This document shows, one piece after another, positions 1-18,911 of a stretch of 64,000 nt of DNA. The notes below the pieces were generated by a model, which saw only the letters and a list, made by a program, of their open reading frames with translations, was not told where the DNA came from and searched no databases. The stretch lies in assembly GCF_009914755.1 (NCBI RefSeq), contig NC_060931.1. One strand, given 5' to 3'. Numbering within the stretch: position 1 is the stretch's first letter; every line of letters starts with the position of its first letter. The translations under genes and the position numbers were made by a program. Origin of the DNA: the human T2T-CHM13v2.0 reference genome, Homo sapiens.

Positions 1-316
1 GAGATGCATTCTCTTAACTTTTGTTTGTCTGAGAAACACTATCTCCCCTTCATGTTTGAAGGATAGCTTTGCTGGTTACAGTATTCACAGTTGACAATTT
101 TAGTCTTTCAGCACTTTACATGTACTCCCACTTTCTCCTGGGTTGGACAGTTGCCATTTAGAAGTCTGCTGCCAGTCAGATTGGAGCTCCTTTATATTAT
201 TCACTTATTTTCCCTTGCTGCTTTTAGTAGTTTATTTGTCTTAGGCCTTTGAGGGTTTTATTATCCTATGCCCTAGGGTAATCTTATTTGGCTTTACTCT
301 GTCTGGTGATCTCTGA

Positions 317-742
<426 letters not shown>

Positions 743-1074
743 TGAACACCAGTAATTCTTAGATTTACTATTTCAATGTGATTGTCTATATCTTATAGGC
801 ATGCTTTATTACTTTTCATTCTTTTATCTCGTCTGTGTATTTTCCATTAGCCTGTCTTTAAGCTCACTGATTTCTTTCTCTGCTTGATGCATCTGCCATT
901 GAGAGCCTCTCATGAATTTTTGTTCAGCAGATGTACTTCTTAGTTTTAGGATTTCCGTTTGATGTTTTTAAAAAATCATTTCAATCTTTTTCCTTAAATT
1001 TATCTGATAAATTTCTTAATTGCTTTTCTGTATTATTTTGTATATCACTGAATTTCCTTAAAAATACTACTTTG

Positions 1075-1388
<314 letters not shown>

Positions 1389-2935
1389 TCAGAGAGCCCA
1401 CCTATCACTGTTTAGTTAGTGTTGGCCAGTGGCTTCTTGCTTTGTCCACTCGGGAAGATTATGGTTTTTTTGTTTGCTGTTTTTTCTTATGAATGTACAT
1501 CTACGTCTCTGCATTAAAGGATTAGTTATTCATTCGAATCTTCTCTGTCTGGCTTGTTTAATTTTCTATTGGGTGTGTTAGAGATTGTTTGCAATTTACC
1601 TTGAATATCCTTTTTGCTATGTCACTACCTCCTTTATGGCACTAGATGGCACCTTAATCCCAGGTTTGCCTCAGCTCTAGCAACCATTCAGAGCACTTCT
1701 TGTGCCAGATGAGGGAAGTCCTAAAGGGAATACCAGGGAAGCTTGGCAAGGCTAGCTAGGGATTTATGGTCTGAGAACCTATGAAACATAGCTCCTACAG
1801 CATGGTGTTACTGAACAGCCACTGTGATTTGGCATCTCCTTTGGCTAAATAACTAAATTTCCCAGGCTGGGGATACTAGTTGCAACCTAATCTCTTTGTT
1901 TCTGGGTGTCCTCAGGAGTTTTTCTCCCTTAAGGCACTGGCTATACTTCTTGTGGGTGTCTTCTGCCTGGAATCCCAAGATGATGGGAAAGCTGGTTGTC
2001 TTCCTTAATCTTCTTCTTCATCTTTTTTTTTTTTTTTTTTTTTGGTCTAGTAAGATTTAATAGTGAAAAATTATCTGCACACTTGGTGTCTGGCAGATTT
2101 GTGCTAGGATGTCAGGAATATAAAAGTCTTACTCTTTTATGTCTGCATGGATTTTTTCACTTCTCCATTATTTCAGTAACTATCTTATTCACATATTTGA
2201 GTTCTGTGATATTGCTGATGATAATCTTGGTGCTGTGCATTTGTTTAAGATTTCCTGTGGGTCAGGAAGTGGAAACCAGCTTGCTTCTACTCAGCCTTTT
2301 TGGTGATGTCACTGCCCTTATGAATTTTGAAAGCTTTACTGTGAAGGGTGTTAAATGAGTAACATGTAGTAAGGTATTTGTAGACACATACTTAAAAGAT
2401 ATTTCTAAGATGTTGCTGGAAAAATGAATTTGTAAATGTATTAATTTAGTGATTTCAAGTGTTTACCAATTGCAAATATATAATAAAATGTTTAAATATG
2501 TTTATTTAAAGAATACCTTTAAATAAACCTCTTAAAATCTTTGTTGTGAAGACTGTTCTTTTAGTAAGTGGATATGTGTGTGAGGTTGTAGACACTTACA
2601 TTAAAGATAATTCTAATAATGTTATTTATTAGATGAGTTGGTTACTATGTTAACTCATTGAATGCAAGTGCTTACCACATTATAAAGTATGCAATAATGT
2701 GTTTAAACATGTTTTAAAAGATGCTTTTGTTATTCATTTTAAGAGCTTTGTAATGAAGAGTGTTATTTCAGTGAGTGGATGTAATACTATGTAGGGAATA
2801 GTTAGTAGACACATGGCTAAAAGATGATCTAAGTGTGTCATTGATAAAATGAGTTGGTGACTATGTTAATTCAGTGAATGCAAGTATTATCAAACTGGAA
2901 TGTATGTAATAAAGTGTTTAAACATGGTTCTTTAA

Positions 2936-3337
<402 letters not shown>

Positions 3338-3709
3338 TAAAGTGTTTATAAGCACATGCTTAAAAGATGATTCTAAAAATGTTACTGATGAGTTGATAAT
3401 AGTGTTAATTCAGTGAATGTAAGTATTAATTAAATGCAAGTGTTTACCAAATTGTAAAGTATGTAATGAAGTCCTTAAACATGCTTATTTATAGATTTTT
3501 TAAATTATGCATTTAAAAATCTTTCTTGTTAAGAGTGTTATGTTAGAGAGTACGTCTAATATTTCACTACATACACCTCACTAGGTTTGCAGGCACATGT
3601 TAAGAAGATAAAACGGATAATGTCACTTAAAATATATGTTGTTAACTGGATTAATTCCGGGAATTTAAGTGTTTAATAAGCTATCATACATGTGTAAAGT
3701 GTTTAAGCA

Positions 3710-4006
3710 TTTTTTTTTTTTTTTTTTACACAGAGTCTCACTCTGTCACCCAGGCTGGAGTGGTGTGCGATCTCGGCTAGCTGTAGCCTCTGCCTTCTGG
3801 GTTCAAGCAATTCTCCTGCCTCAGCCTCCTATAGCTGGGACTATAGGTGCCCGCCACCACACCTCGCTAATTTTTGTATTTTCAGTAGAGATGGGGTTTC
3901 ACCATGTTGGCCAGGCTGGTCTCAAATTTCTGACCTCAGGTGATCTGCCCCACCTCAGTCTCCCAAAATGTTGGGATTACAAGCGTGAGCCACCCTACCA
4001 TGGCCA
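3710..4006 (-). mobile_element. Alu SINE inserted in the tandem array
   Basis: Antisense dimer flanked by aagcat. Confidence 0.95.
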
Positions 4007-4271
4007 ACCAAGCATATTTTTTTAAAGATGTTTCTTACCATTGCATTTTGGGTAAGAAACATTCTATGGCAAAAAGCTTTTATTTTAATGAGTGGATCTA
4101 ACGTACGTAATGTATGTAGTGAAGTGTTTATATGATGAAAGATAAATCTAAGAATGCTACTTAAAAGATGTGTTGTTAACTGTATTAATTCAGTAAATTA
4201 AAGTGTTTACCAAGCTGTATAGTATACAATAATGTGTTTAAATATGCTTCTTTAAAGATATTTGTTACCAG

Positions 4272-4715
4272 AGAGGGTAATGTCAGCAAGTTGTTAGAAT
4301 AGAAACTATCTCACTCTACTTACTTCCACAGAAATTCAACTAACAATTTTCCACAGTTTAGAGTATCTTTGTAAATATCCCAGAACTTGAGAGTGAATCT
4401 GAGACATCTTCTTGAACTACAGACCGAGAGAAGCCATGCATAAAGCGTAAGAGGAATGATTTCACTTTGACCAAGTTGCTCTTCTCCCAAAACTGCACAG
4501 TGCCACACACAGTGTTTTCCAGTAACCATGTTATTTTTTCAGAGGGAGAAAAAAATTGGAGGTGAATATTTAGCTTTCCTATTATTCTGGGGCCATTCAC
4601 AGGAGATACCATCTTGTCTCACCTCATGGGACATATTGGAGGGTATCAGAGGAGCTGGTCCTACCCTAGCCTACGTGTTTTTCCAGCCCAGTACCATTTC
4701 ATCTCACCAATACTC
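4272..4715 (+). mobile_element. Old LINE-1 5'UTR fragment
   Basis: Begins agagggtaatgtcagcaagttgttagaatagaa, similar to L1M 5' ends. Confidence 0.55.
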
Positions 4716-4723
4716 ACACTGAC

Positions 4724-7700
4724 CCCAGGACATCCTGAAGGCTCAGATCTAGCCTTTCTTCCTCTTTGCAAAAAGACCTTTCTCTACCCAGACATACAGG
4801 GACACCATTTTATACACCCACCTTAGGTGTTCTAAGGAAAAGCGCTTATCCTGATTGACATATCTGTGAAAAGTAAACAACTTTCCCAGTGGAAGGTGAC
4901 AGAATTTGGGCTGCTCTGATTAAAATTATCTGGCTTAGTGCTTGCTACAGGTGTAGGGTCAGATAGAAATTGCAGGGAAAGATTACTGTTGCCGTTTCGG
5001 TTCCCTCCCCTGCCAGTAGGTGAAAAGCTAGCCCTATGGCCTGTAGTATAAATATAAGTGCATCTGTGTGTGTTTGGTGTGTGTGTTTGCATTATGTTTA
5101 TTACATGCACATTTATACAAATATGTATTTATATATTTATGTATGCATAAATGTATATTTTTATGTTATTACATATAAGATCTTTATTTTATTATTTATA
5201 ATATATATGAATTTTTTCCTGCTTGCATGCAAAGGCACCACCACAAACTGGCAGACAGTGCTACAATGTCGTATGTATAAATATTTATATTTTAATTTCT
5301 ATTTATTTATATGTTGATGATATATTTGTAAATGTTTCCTATTTCATTTAAAATGTATGCATTTATATGTGTGTAGATACTAATTTCCAGTTATGGTTTT
5401 ACTTGTGCCCTGTATGCTTAAACATTCCAGGCTGATCAATTGTGCTACATTGTTTACTCAGACTACAGATTCCAAAACGCCAAGACCCGGCTGAGGCTTT
5501 TTCTGGTCTAAGCGGGAAGATGCGGCTATACACTGGACTTTACGTGTCAGGGCCATCTCTTCCCTTGGCATTTGGGAAAAGTTCACTTCTCCTATAGGAG
5601 GGAGCAGAGAAACTTGGCTGACTGTTTCAGGGCAAATGAAGGAACCAAATGTCTACGGAACCTGGTAATATTAGGCAGTCTTCCATTCAAGTCCTATTTG
5701 GACACTGTCTCTCTGAAATTTTAAGAACAGAAAAGCTCTCAGAACCTTCCTGCCACCATGTTCGCACCTCACTGCTCCAGCCTCTGGGGCACATTCTATC
5801 CTTTCAGCCTGCGACTAGCAGCAAAAAAAATTACATATTTTCTTGCTCCATACATACCTTGAGGTGAGCAAAAAAATTAAATTTTAACCATGAAGGAAAT
5901 TGTGCACATCCAAGCCAGTCACTGTGGCAACCAGATCAGTGCCAAGTTCTGGGAGGTGATCAGTGATGAACATGGCATCAACCCACCGGCACCTACCACA
6001 GGGACAGCGCCCTGCAGCTGGACCGCATCTCCGTGTACTACTATGAAGCCACAGGTGGCAAATATGTTCCTCATGCGATCCTGGTGGATCTAGAACCTGG
6101 GACCATGGACTCTGTTCACTCAGGTCCTTTTGGCCAGATCTTTAGACCAGACAACTTTGCTTCTGATCAGTCTGGGGCAGGCAACAACTGGGCCAAATGC
6201 CACTACACAGAGGGGGCTGAGCTGGTTTATTCGGTCCTGGATTTGGTATGGAAGGAGGCGGAGAGCTGTGACTGCCTTCAGGGCTTCCAGCTGACCCACT
6301 CACTTGACTGGGACACAGGCTCTGGAATCGGCACTCTCCTTATGAGCAAGATCCAAGAAGAGTACCCTGATTGCTTCATGAATACCTTCAGTGTGGTACC
6401 TTCACACAAGGTATCTGACACCGTGGTTGAGCCCTACAATGCCACCCTCTCCGTCCATCAGTTGGTAGAGAACACTGATGAGACCTATTGTATTGACAAT
6501 GAGGCCCTCTAGGATATCTGCTTCCGCAATCTGAAGCTGACCACACCAACCTACTGGGATCTGAACTACCTCGTCTTAGCCACCATGAGTGGTGTCACCA
6601 CCTGCCTCCACTTCCTGGCCAGCTCAGTGCTGACCTCTGCAAGTTGGCAGTCAACATGGTTCCCTTCCCATATCTCCATTTCTTTATGCCTGGCTTTGCC
6701 CCTTTCACCAGCCGTGGAAGCCAGTAGTATCAAGCTCTCACCGTGCCCCAACTTACCCAGCAGGTCTTCGATGCCAAAAACCTGATGGCTGCTTGTGACC
6801 CCCGCCACGGCCAATACCTCACCATGGCTGCTGTCTCCAGTGGTCGAATGTCCATGAAGGCGGTCAATGAGCAGATGCTCAAAGTGCAGAACAAGAACAG
6901 CAGCTACTTTGTGGAATGGATCCCCAACAACATCAAGACAGCTGTCTGTGACATCCACCTCATGGCCTCAAGATGGCTGTCACCTTCATCGGAAACAGCA
7001 CTGGCATCCAGTAGCTCTTCAAGCGCATCTCGGAGCAGTTCACTGCCATGTTCTACCAGAAGGCCTTCCTCCACTGCTACACAGGCGAGGGCATGGACGA
7101 GATGGAGTTCACTGAGGCTGAGAGCAACATGAACAACTTCATCTCTGAGGATCAGCAGTACCAGGATGCTACCACAGAAGAGGAAGAGGATTTCAGTAAG
7201 GAGGCTGAAGAGGAGGCCTAAGGCAGAGCCCCCCATCACCTCAGGCTTCTCAGTTGCCCTTAGCTGTCTCACTCAACTGCCCCTTTCCTCTCCCTCAGAA
7301 TTGGTGTTTGCTGCCTCTTTTTTTTTTTCTGGGGGGGTCCAGAATGGTGCCTAGCACATAGTAAGTGCTCAATAAACACTTGTTTGTTGAAAAAAAAAGA
7401 ACAGAAAAGATGCAGAAGTTTTTTGGCTTGCATGGCCATACACTTCTCAGAATACCCTTGGTGACCCAAAGGTTGGCTGGACACTGACCAGTGCTTCTGG
7501 ACCAGGGCTACATGCCTGGCTTAGAAACTCCAGGCCCTCCGTAGCTTGCTGGCTCGTGCATGCGCAGTTCTTATCTGCCATCAGGGACTCATCTCACCTA
7601 CTCTGGTTTGAGCACAGGCATCATTCATTCACCTGGGGTGGCAGGGTCCAACAGTCTGCCTCTAACCTAGTTTTCTTTTTCTAACACCTGCTTTGGCATC

Positions 7701-9255
7701 CAGAAGTGTTTGTCAAGCCAGACATCTGTATTTCATGCTTCTCAAACTTGTGGAGGAGGCCTCAGATACCTGGCTTTTCGGGTGTCGCCAATTCAGAGAT
7801 TCTTTAGTACTGCCCTGTAGGGTTCTCAAAATCAGCTGGAAACAGCCAGAATAGAATTACTCAAGACTGTATAGCCTTTGGCTTCTGGGGCCATTTTCCT
7901 GGCTCCGAAAAGCTCTCAGTGTCTCGCATTGCAGTTCAACCCTGGCCTGGTGTTGCTCTGGCCTGATACCATCTTAGCCCAGCACATCCTCAGGTCTCGA
8001 CCTAGCCTTTCCAACTCTCTGTGAAAAGCTTTTCCTTCACAGAGTGAAGTGTCATACTCGGACACCATTGTACGCACCCACCTCAGGTGTTCCAAAGAAG
8101 GGCCCCTATCCTGATCAAGAGGTTGTCTAGAAGTGGACAGTTTTCCCACTGTTGGGTGATGCTGCTTGGGCTGGATCTGGTTTAAGCCTCTGGCCTGGTG
8201 TTTGCCATTAGTGTAGGGTCACATGAAACCTGCATGGAAAGACTTCTGTGGCCTTTTCAGCTTCTTTTATTGAGACAATCTTATGGCATCTAGTTTAGAT
8301 GTAAGTGCATCTGTGTGCATTTCAGTGTGTTTGTGTATTTCTCTGCACTATGTGTATTTTATACATATATTTTATATACACATATACATTTATTATATAT
8401 ACATCTGTCATTATAGGTAATATCTATGTTTATTTTTAAATATATATTTATGAAAAAATATGTTTTTATTTCTCTTGTATGCAGAAATACCACCACCAAC
8501 TGGCAGACAACTCTACAACACTGTATGTATAAATACCTCTTTTAATTTTATTCATTTATGTGTTGATGTGTATATTCATATATGGTACCTATTTCTTCAT
8601 ACACAAAAATATAGGCATTTATGTGTGTGTATATATATATTTATTTGTCATTTTATCTTTGCTTGTGTGCCATGTATGGGTGAAACACTTTAGACTGACC
8701 GATTATGCTATACCTTTTCTTGAGATCAGTGACTTCAAAACACTGAGATCTCACTGAGTGTTGTTTTCTCAGTCGTGTAAAAGATGCAGCTGTTTATTTG
8801 ACTTCAGGTGTGAAGGACATTTTTCATTCTTTGCCATGTGAGAGAAATCCTCCTCCTGCCCTAGGAGAGCAGAGAGAATTGACCGGCTGTTTCATGTCAA
8901 ATAGGAAAGCCAAAGGCCTATGGGACGTGGTAATTCTTTTATTTCAAGTCCTATTTGGTCACTACCTCTCTGAGCTTCTAAGAACAAGAGAGATGGGGTA
9001 TTTTTTGGCTTACTTGGCCATTCACTTTGTAGCCTAGCCTTAGTGATCCCATGGCTAGATAGAAAGCTAACATTGCTTTTGGCCCAAGACCACATGCATG
9101 GTCTAGGGCCTCAGAGCTTTCCTTAGGTTCCTGAATTACACACAAGCACAATTCACATAACCATGACGGACCTACTTTACTCCACAAACTGGGCCCTATA
9201 TTGGGGACAAGCATCATTCATTTATCTGGTGTGGCAGGGTCCAAGAGTCTGCCTC
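4724..9255. repeat. Ancient direct tandem duplication, period ~1.58 kb (copy 1 4724-7664 interrupted by the TUBB retrocopy; copy 2 7978-9255)
   Basis: Colinear shared blocks: gacaccatt...cacccacct(t/c)aggtgtt (4801/8061); caccac..actggcagaca (5236/8490); ttcaagtcctatttgg (5686/8943); gcatcattcatt...gtggcagggtccaa.agtctgcctc (7618/9211). Confidence 0.9.
5736..7396 (+). pseudogene. TUBBP6: Processed beta-tubulin class I (TUBB) pseudogene; former CDS 5890-7221
   Basis: Intronless. TUBB 5'UTR (aaaaaaattaaattttaaccATG). Starts MKEIVHIQ (parent MREI) and ends with class I tail [14 protein letters not shown]. In-frame stops TAG at 6510-6512 and 7012-7014; 1-bp deletions near 5985, 6615 and 6957. 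AATAAA at 7371, poly-A, and a 13-bp TSD aagaacagaaaag (5723-5735 / 7397-7409) at a TT|AAGA L1 endonuclease site. The pseudogene number is inferred from proximity to FKBP9P1. Confidence 0.95.
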
Positions 9256-9259
9256 CCCT

Positions 9260-9485
9260 TCACTACTGATGTTTACTGTTTGTCATTCTCCATCCACTGT
9301 ACCCACCCCCAACTCCTTAATGGCAGCTATCAATTTCCAACTGCCCATGCTGAATTTGGAGAGAGCCCAGTCTCTCTTCCCCATTGCAAGACTCACATAG
9401 AGTGATCCCTGTACCTATCAAAATGGCTCTGAATAAAGTCTTCCTTGCCACGTTTTAAAAAGGGTCATAGAATCATTTTTTAACA
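9260..9485 (+). mobile_element. Probable ERV1-class LTR fragment (MER34/MER39-like 3' end)
   Basis: aataaagtcttccttgcc...ttttttaaca terminus; it truncates copy 2 of the duplication. Confidence 0.45.
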
Positions 9486-9559
9486 CATGGTAAACTTTAT
9501 GGGATTTTTTGTCTTTGTTTTTTTTTTAAACCACAGGAAAAACTCTGTGAAATTCTTAA

Positions 9560-9790
9560 AGAAGTCACAATGATAGAGACAGAAAGAAAAATAGTGGCTG
9601 CCACGGAGTGGGTCGGGGCAAGGTGGAGAGTTGGAAGAATGGGGCGTTGTTATTCAATGCTTACAATTTTTTGGTTTTACAAGATGAAAAGAGGAATGCA
9701 GGTGGTGGTTATGGTTGCGTAACATTGTAATTGAAGACAGTGCATTTTATGTGTATTTTACCACAATTTTATAAAATTAAAAATAAATAA
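9560..9790 (+). mobile_element. L1MB-like 3' end fragment
   Basis: gatagagacagaaagaaaaatagtggctgcc...tatgtgtattttaccacaat followed by an A-rich tail. Confidence 0.7.
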
Positions 9791-11049
9791 TTACTAACAC
9801 TAGTACCTAAAAATACATAAACCAAGATACTTCTTGCAGCAATAGGTGTATGACAAAATAACTGGCAACCCTAAAAATGTTTAAAAACAGAATAATAATT
9901 GAATATACTCTGGTGCATCTATACTAAAGTAGAACAAAAGTACTGGGGCCTTAGAAGTCACAGAACTTTCTTAGAATAAAGTAAGCTTTCTCATGGAGAA
10001 AGGGTGTATATCCCCAAATGACCAAAGCAGAGGTTCTCCCACCATCAACCCTTCCCTGTCCCCCTCTCAGGTCAGAGTCAGGGGAGAAAGACCCATAAGG
10101 AAGAGGTATGTGAGAAGGTACTTCCAGAACAAGTCTCATCTCTTCCCTACATAACCTTGCCACTGTGACCATTTGCCCAAAATACCAAATTATGCTTCTC
10201 CTCTGAAAGATTTTCTGTGGAATGGGGCCTAGCTCACCAAGTAAGAGAAAACTCCTAGCCTAGGCTCCCAAATTGATTTGCTTCAGCAAATCTGTTCAGA
10301 TGCACCCCATTTTGTTGCTTTATTCAAATGCAGAAAACTCTCATCTTGTCAGAGCTGATGACATGTATAGTCTAGGGCTTAAAAACTTCATTTCACAATC
10401 CCTCCAATAGGCTGAGGCTTTCACACTGCAGAGAACAGGAGAGGAGTGTGTGCGTAAGAAACTCCATCTGTCTGGGGCAAAATATCACTCCCCTACTTTT
10501 CCTAACTCAGGAAACGCCACTAAGCCCTTTGAGAACCATTACTGTGGAGGTTAACATCTTACTCTACGTCCTCCTGAGGTGGCTCAGTGAAAGGGGGATA
10601 CTAAATTGACTTTCGTGGTGTCAAACACAGGAATGGAGTGATAGAGACCCAGCCCTAGCAGGGTTTAGTTTTGAACCATACACCTTTGTTTTAGGTTTAA
10701 CATACTCCCTACTGCAACACTCTGTTCTGGGTGCATGTTTTTATCATTCATCTTGAGGATTCTTGATGTATTCTCACTCTCCCATGCACTTCGCATGGGT
10801 AGTCCTCAGCTGCATTTCACTCATGCATGGCAGTAGCCTGCTGGAGTGATTTCATAGGCCTCTTCACCACCAAAAAGAGGCAGATGGACAAACATGAACA
10901 AACCCAATAGAAGGCACCCTGGAATGACGAGTTGTTTTGGCAAAATAAGTGGTGAAGGGATAGACAGGCTGTCAAACTGTGACAAATTATGGCAAATTGT
11001 GACTCTAGATTGTGATCCACGCTTAATTCTTAAGAAATCAGAATACAGT

Positions 11050-15534
<4,485 letters not shown>

Positions 15535-16097
15535 GACAAATTGGATAAAGAGTCAAGACCCATTGGTGTGCTGTATTCAGGAGACCCATCTCACGTGCAA
15601 AGACACACATAGGCTCAAAATAAAGGGATGGAGGAATATTTACCAAGCAAATGGAAAGCAAAAAAAAAAAAAAAAAAAAAAGGTAGAGGTTCCAATCCCA
15701 GTCTCTGATAAAACAGACTTTAAACTAACAAAGATCAAAAAAGACAAGGCCATTACATAATGGTAAAGGGATCAATGCAACAAGAAGAGCTAACTATACT
15801 AAATATATATGCACCCCATACAGGAGCACCCAGATTCATAAAGCAAGTTCTTAGAGACCTACAAAGAGACTTAGACTCCCACACAATAATAGTGGGAGAC
15901 TTTAACACCCCACTGTCAATATTAGACAGATTAGTGAGACAGAAAACTAGCAAGGATATTCAGAACTTAAACTCAGCTCTGGACCAAGTGTACCTAATAG
16001 ACATCTACAGAACTCTCCACCCCAAATCAACAGAATATATTCTTCTCAGCACCACACTGCACTTATTCTAAAATTGACCACATAATTGGAAGTAAAA
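15535..16097 (+). mobile_element. Second L1PA fragment, ORF2 endonuclease domain only, truncated at both ends
   Basis: VCCIQETHLTCKDTHRLKIKGW and ILNIYAPHTGAPRFIKQVL...GDFNTPLS. Repeats the region already present at 13790-14320, with fewer lesions. Confidence 0.92.
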
Positions 16098-16537
16098 TGT
16101 TGTAAATACAATAGCAATTAAGGATGCACTTGTAAGAAAATCACAAAACTTAACTTAAAAAAACAGAATTAATCTTTTTCAGTAATATAGGTTAATGCAA
16201 TTCATAAAAATATTATCTTGGATTCCTTTAAATAATGAACATTGCATGTGGTTAAATTTTGGATACTATTCATTCACATTTTTGAGGTAGAAAACTTGAG
16301 ATGGTGCAGGAAAACTTTAAAGGTGTTATTAACCCCAAACAAACTAAAATCAACTACAAAGTAAGCATCCCAAAGTATAACTTTAGCTGTTAAGCAATAA
16401 TGTTCCATTTCTAAAATGTAACTTAAATGGAGTTTTTAACACAAATTAAAACGTGTCAGTTCAGTTACAATTATTAAATAAAGTTAAATGGGTATCTATG
16501 GAAAATGACAGTTCCATGGACTTAAATATAACTGTAA

Positions 16538-16942
<405 letters not shown>

Positions 16943-16985
16943 TCAGAAATTTGAAAGCCAAAGGATAAAAGATAATATAACTGAC

Positions 16986-17200
16986 CTTCAACAAACAGTT
17001 CTCTATGTTGTGAGCTTGAGGAAGAGATCCTTAAGTTTTCTCTTGGAATATGGCTTTTGTTGAGACCTAAACTGTCATTAAGATTTCTGGTGCACGGTGA
17101 TTCTAAGACTGGCCTTCTATTATGAGGAGTGAATAAAGATCTGGTCTGCTTTTTCTCCACAGGAAGTAGGGTGCTGACGTCTGCTAGCATGTCATTAGTT
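16986..17200 (-). pseudogene. CCDC144-like terminal coding exon ([24 protein letters not shown]...RPVLESPC)
   Basis: Acceptor at 17201-17202; matches the ANKRD26/CCDC144 C-terminal domain; frameshift just before the gtcagt donor. Confidence 0.85.
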
Positions 17201-17823
17201 CTGTGAAGATTGTAAAAGACAAATGCTTAGTATCTCATTTTTTTCCTAAATGACTTGCAGCATTTTAAAAGTTGCCGTAAGAGTAGGTGGAATACACCGT
17301 AAGTCATGTTTTAACTCCAAAAATGTGTTAGAGCATGCCTACTGCATGCAATTATAGTTTTTAAATTCTTCTGAAGAAGTACGTGTATTTCTAGGGGGAT
17401 TTATAGCAAACAAGTAAGTCAAAATAGGGAGGGGAGGGAAAAGGTTTTCAATAATGTATGGCTTAACAGGTAACACTTCCTGCTTTCTGGAATGGCTCTA
17501 CTTATGAGATTCTTAGGGATGCCATTAAAAATACTTGCATTTAAAGGGTAACTATGTGAAGTGATGAATATGTTCATTTTCTTGACTGTAATAACCATTT
17601 CACTGTGCATATAAACATATCAAAACATCATGTTGTACTCCTTAAATATATACAATAAAAAAAGTTTAAAAAGCTAGAAATACTTGTATTTAGTAAACCA
17701 GTGAAAAGATTTTAGAAAACTATCCCTCAAAGACATTCCTGAAAAATCATATTCACCAGCCTTTTACATTTAACCCATTGTCTGGGAAAAATTAAGTGTT
17801 TGCCACTGAGGAATTATTCAGAG

Positions 17824-18179
17824 TTTATTACTCCATTTTCATGCTGCTATGAAGAAATACCCAAGACTGGGTAATTTATAAAGAAAAGAAGTTTAATTGA
17901 CTCACAGTTCTGCATGGCTCGGGAGGCCTCAGGAAACTTACAGTCATGGTGGAAGGCACTGATTCACAGGGCAGTAGGAGAGAGAAGTGCCGAGCAAAGT
18001 GGCAAAAGCCCCTTACAAAACCATCAGATCTCAGGGGAATTCACTCACTATCAGGAGAACAGCTGGGGCTGGGGGAACCGCTCTCATGATTCAGTTACCT
18101 CCCACTGGGTCCCTCCCATGACATATGGGGATTACAGGAACTATAGAGATTTTGGTGGGGACACAGCCAAACCATATCA
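17824..18179 (-). mobile_element. THE1-family (MaLR) solo LTR
   Basis: Ends ...gacacagccaaaccatatca; 5-bp TSD cagag (17819-17823 / 18180-18184). Confidence 0.92.
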
Positions 18180-18911
18180 CAGAGCAACAACTCCCGGGGG
18201 AGAATGAGATAGCTGAGATCAAAGACAACTAAAGCAGCTCCAAAGGCAATTAGCGCCTAACATTGTGGCCCAGGCATCAGAGGTGGGGCCTGCCCTTTCT
18301 GTCTTCCACACACCCCCTCAGGCTGACCAAGGTGTTATTTTTCACCACTTTGTGGATTATACTTCCCTTCAACCTAATGTTGAAGTATGCCTTTATGTGG
18401 AGTGGAAAAACTATACAGGATTTGTTGTCTCAAGGCACCCTCTAATGATAATATCCAAGATAGATCACAATCAAGGAAAGTAAATTTACTGAGTGCCAGA
18501 ATGTGCCCAGAATAGTGGTACTTGACTCTTGCTTTGTCATCTTCCAGAAAATAATTACATTTGTTGATATTTCTATTTAGGGCAATGACGACTAACAATT
18601 TTATGATAGTATCACTGTCTAAATTATAAAGATAAAAAATATTTAGCTGAAAACCTAATAGATCAGGTTAACTACATGAGAATATGAAGGAAAAAATGCC
18701 ACATAAAACTTCAAAACAGGGGAGACACACGAACTGTCCCGGACGAACATTTTAAAGGTAAATTCATTTACTAACATCACTTTTGTAAATTGTCGAATCT
18801 AGTTAGCTTTGACTTCCCACGAATCTCAGAAACCTGTCTCACTAAAAATTATGTTTTGAAGGCAAATTAATGAGCTTAATTTATTTTCAGTGATTCTGTG
18901 TCTTGATTTAC

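Noticed and set aside
5890-7221. Functional beta-tubulin gene
   Set aside because: Intronless with TSDs and poly-A, two internal stops and at least three frameshifts.
6566-7272. Minus-strand ORFs of 130 and 122 aa
   Set aside because: Antisense shadows of the tubulin codon pattern.
4822-8229. Protein-coding exons in the 1.58 kb duplication (ORFs 4832-5110 and 7916-8149)
   Set aside because: The two ORFs use different frames, and every frame has stops within the shared 148-nt block.
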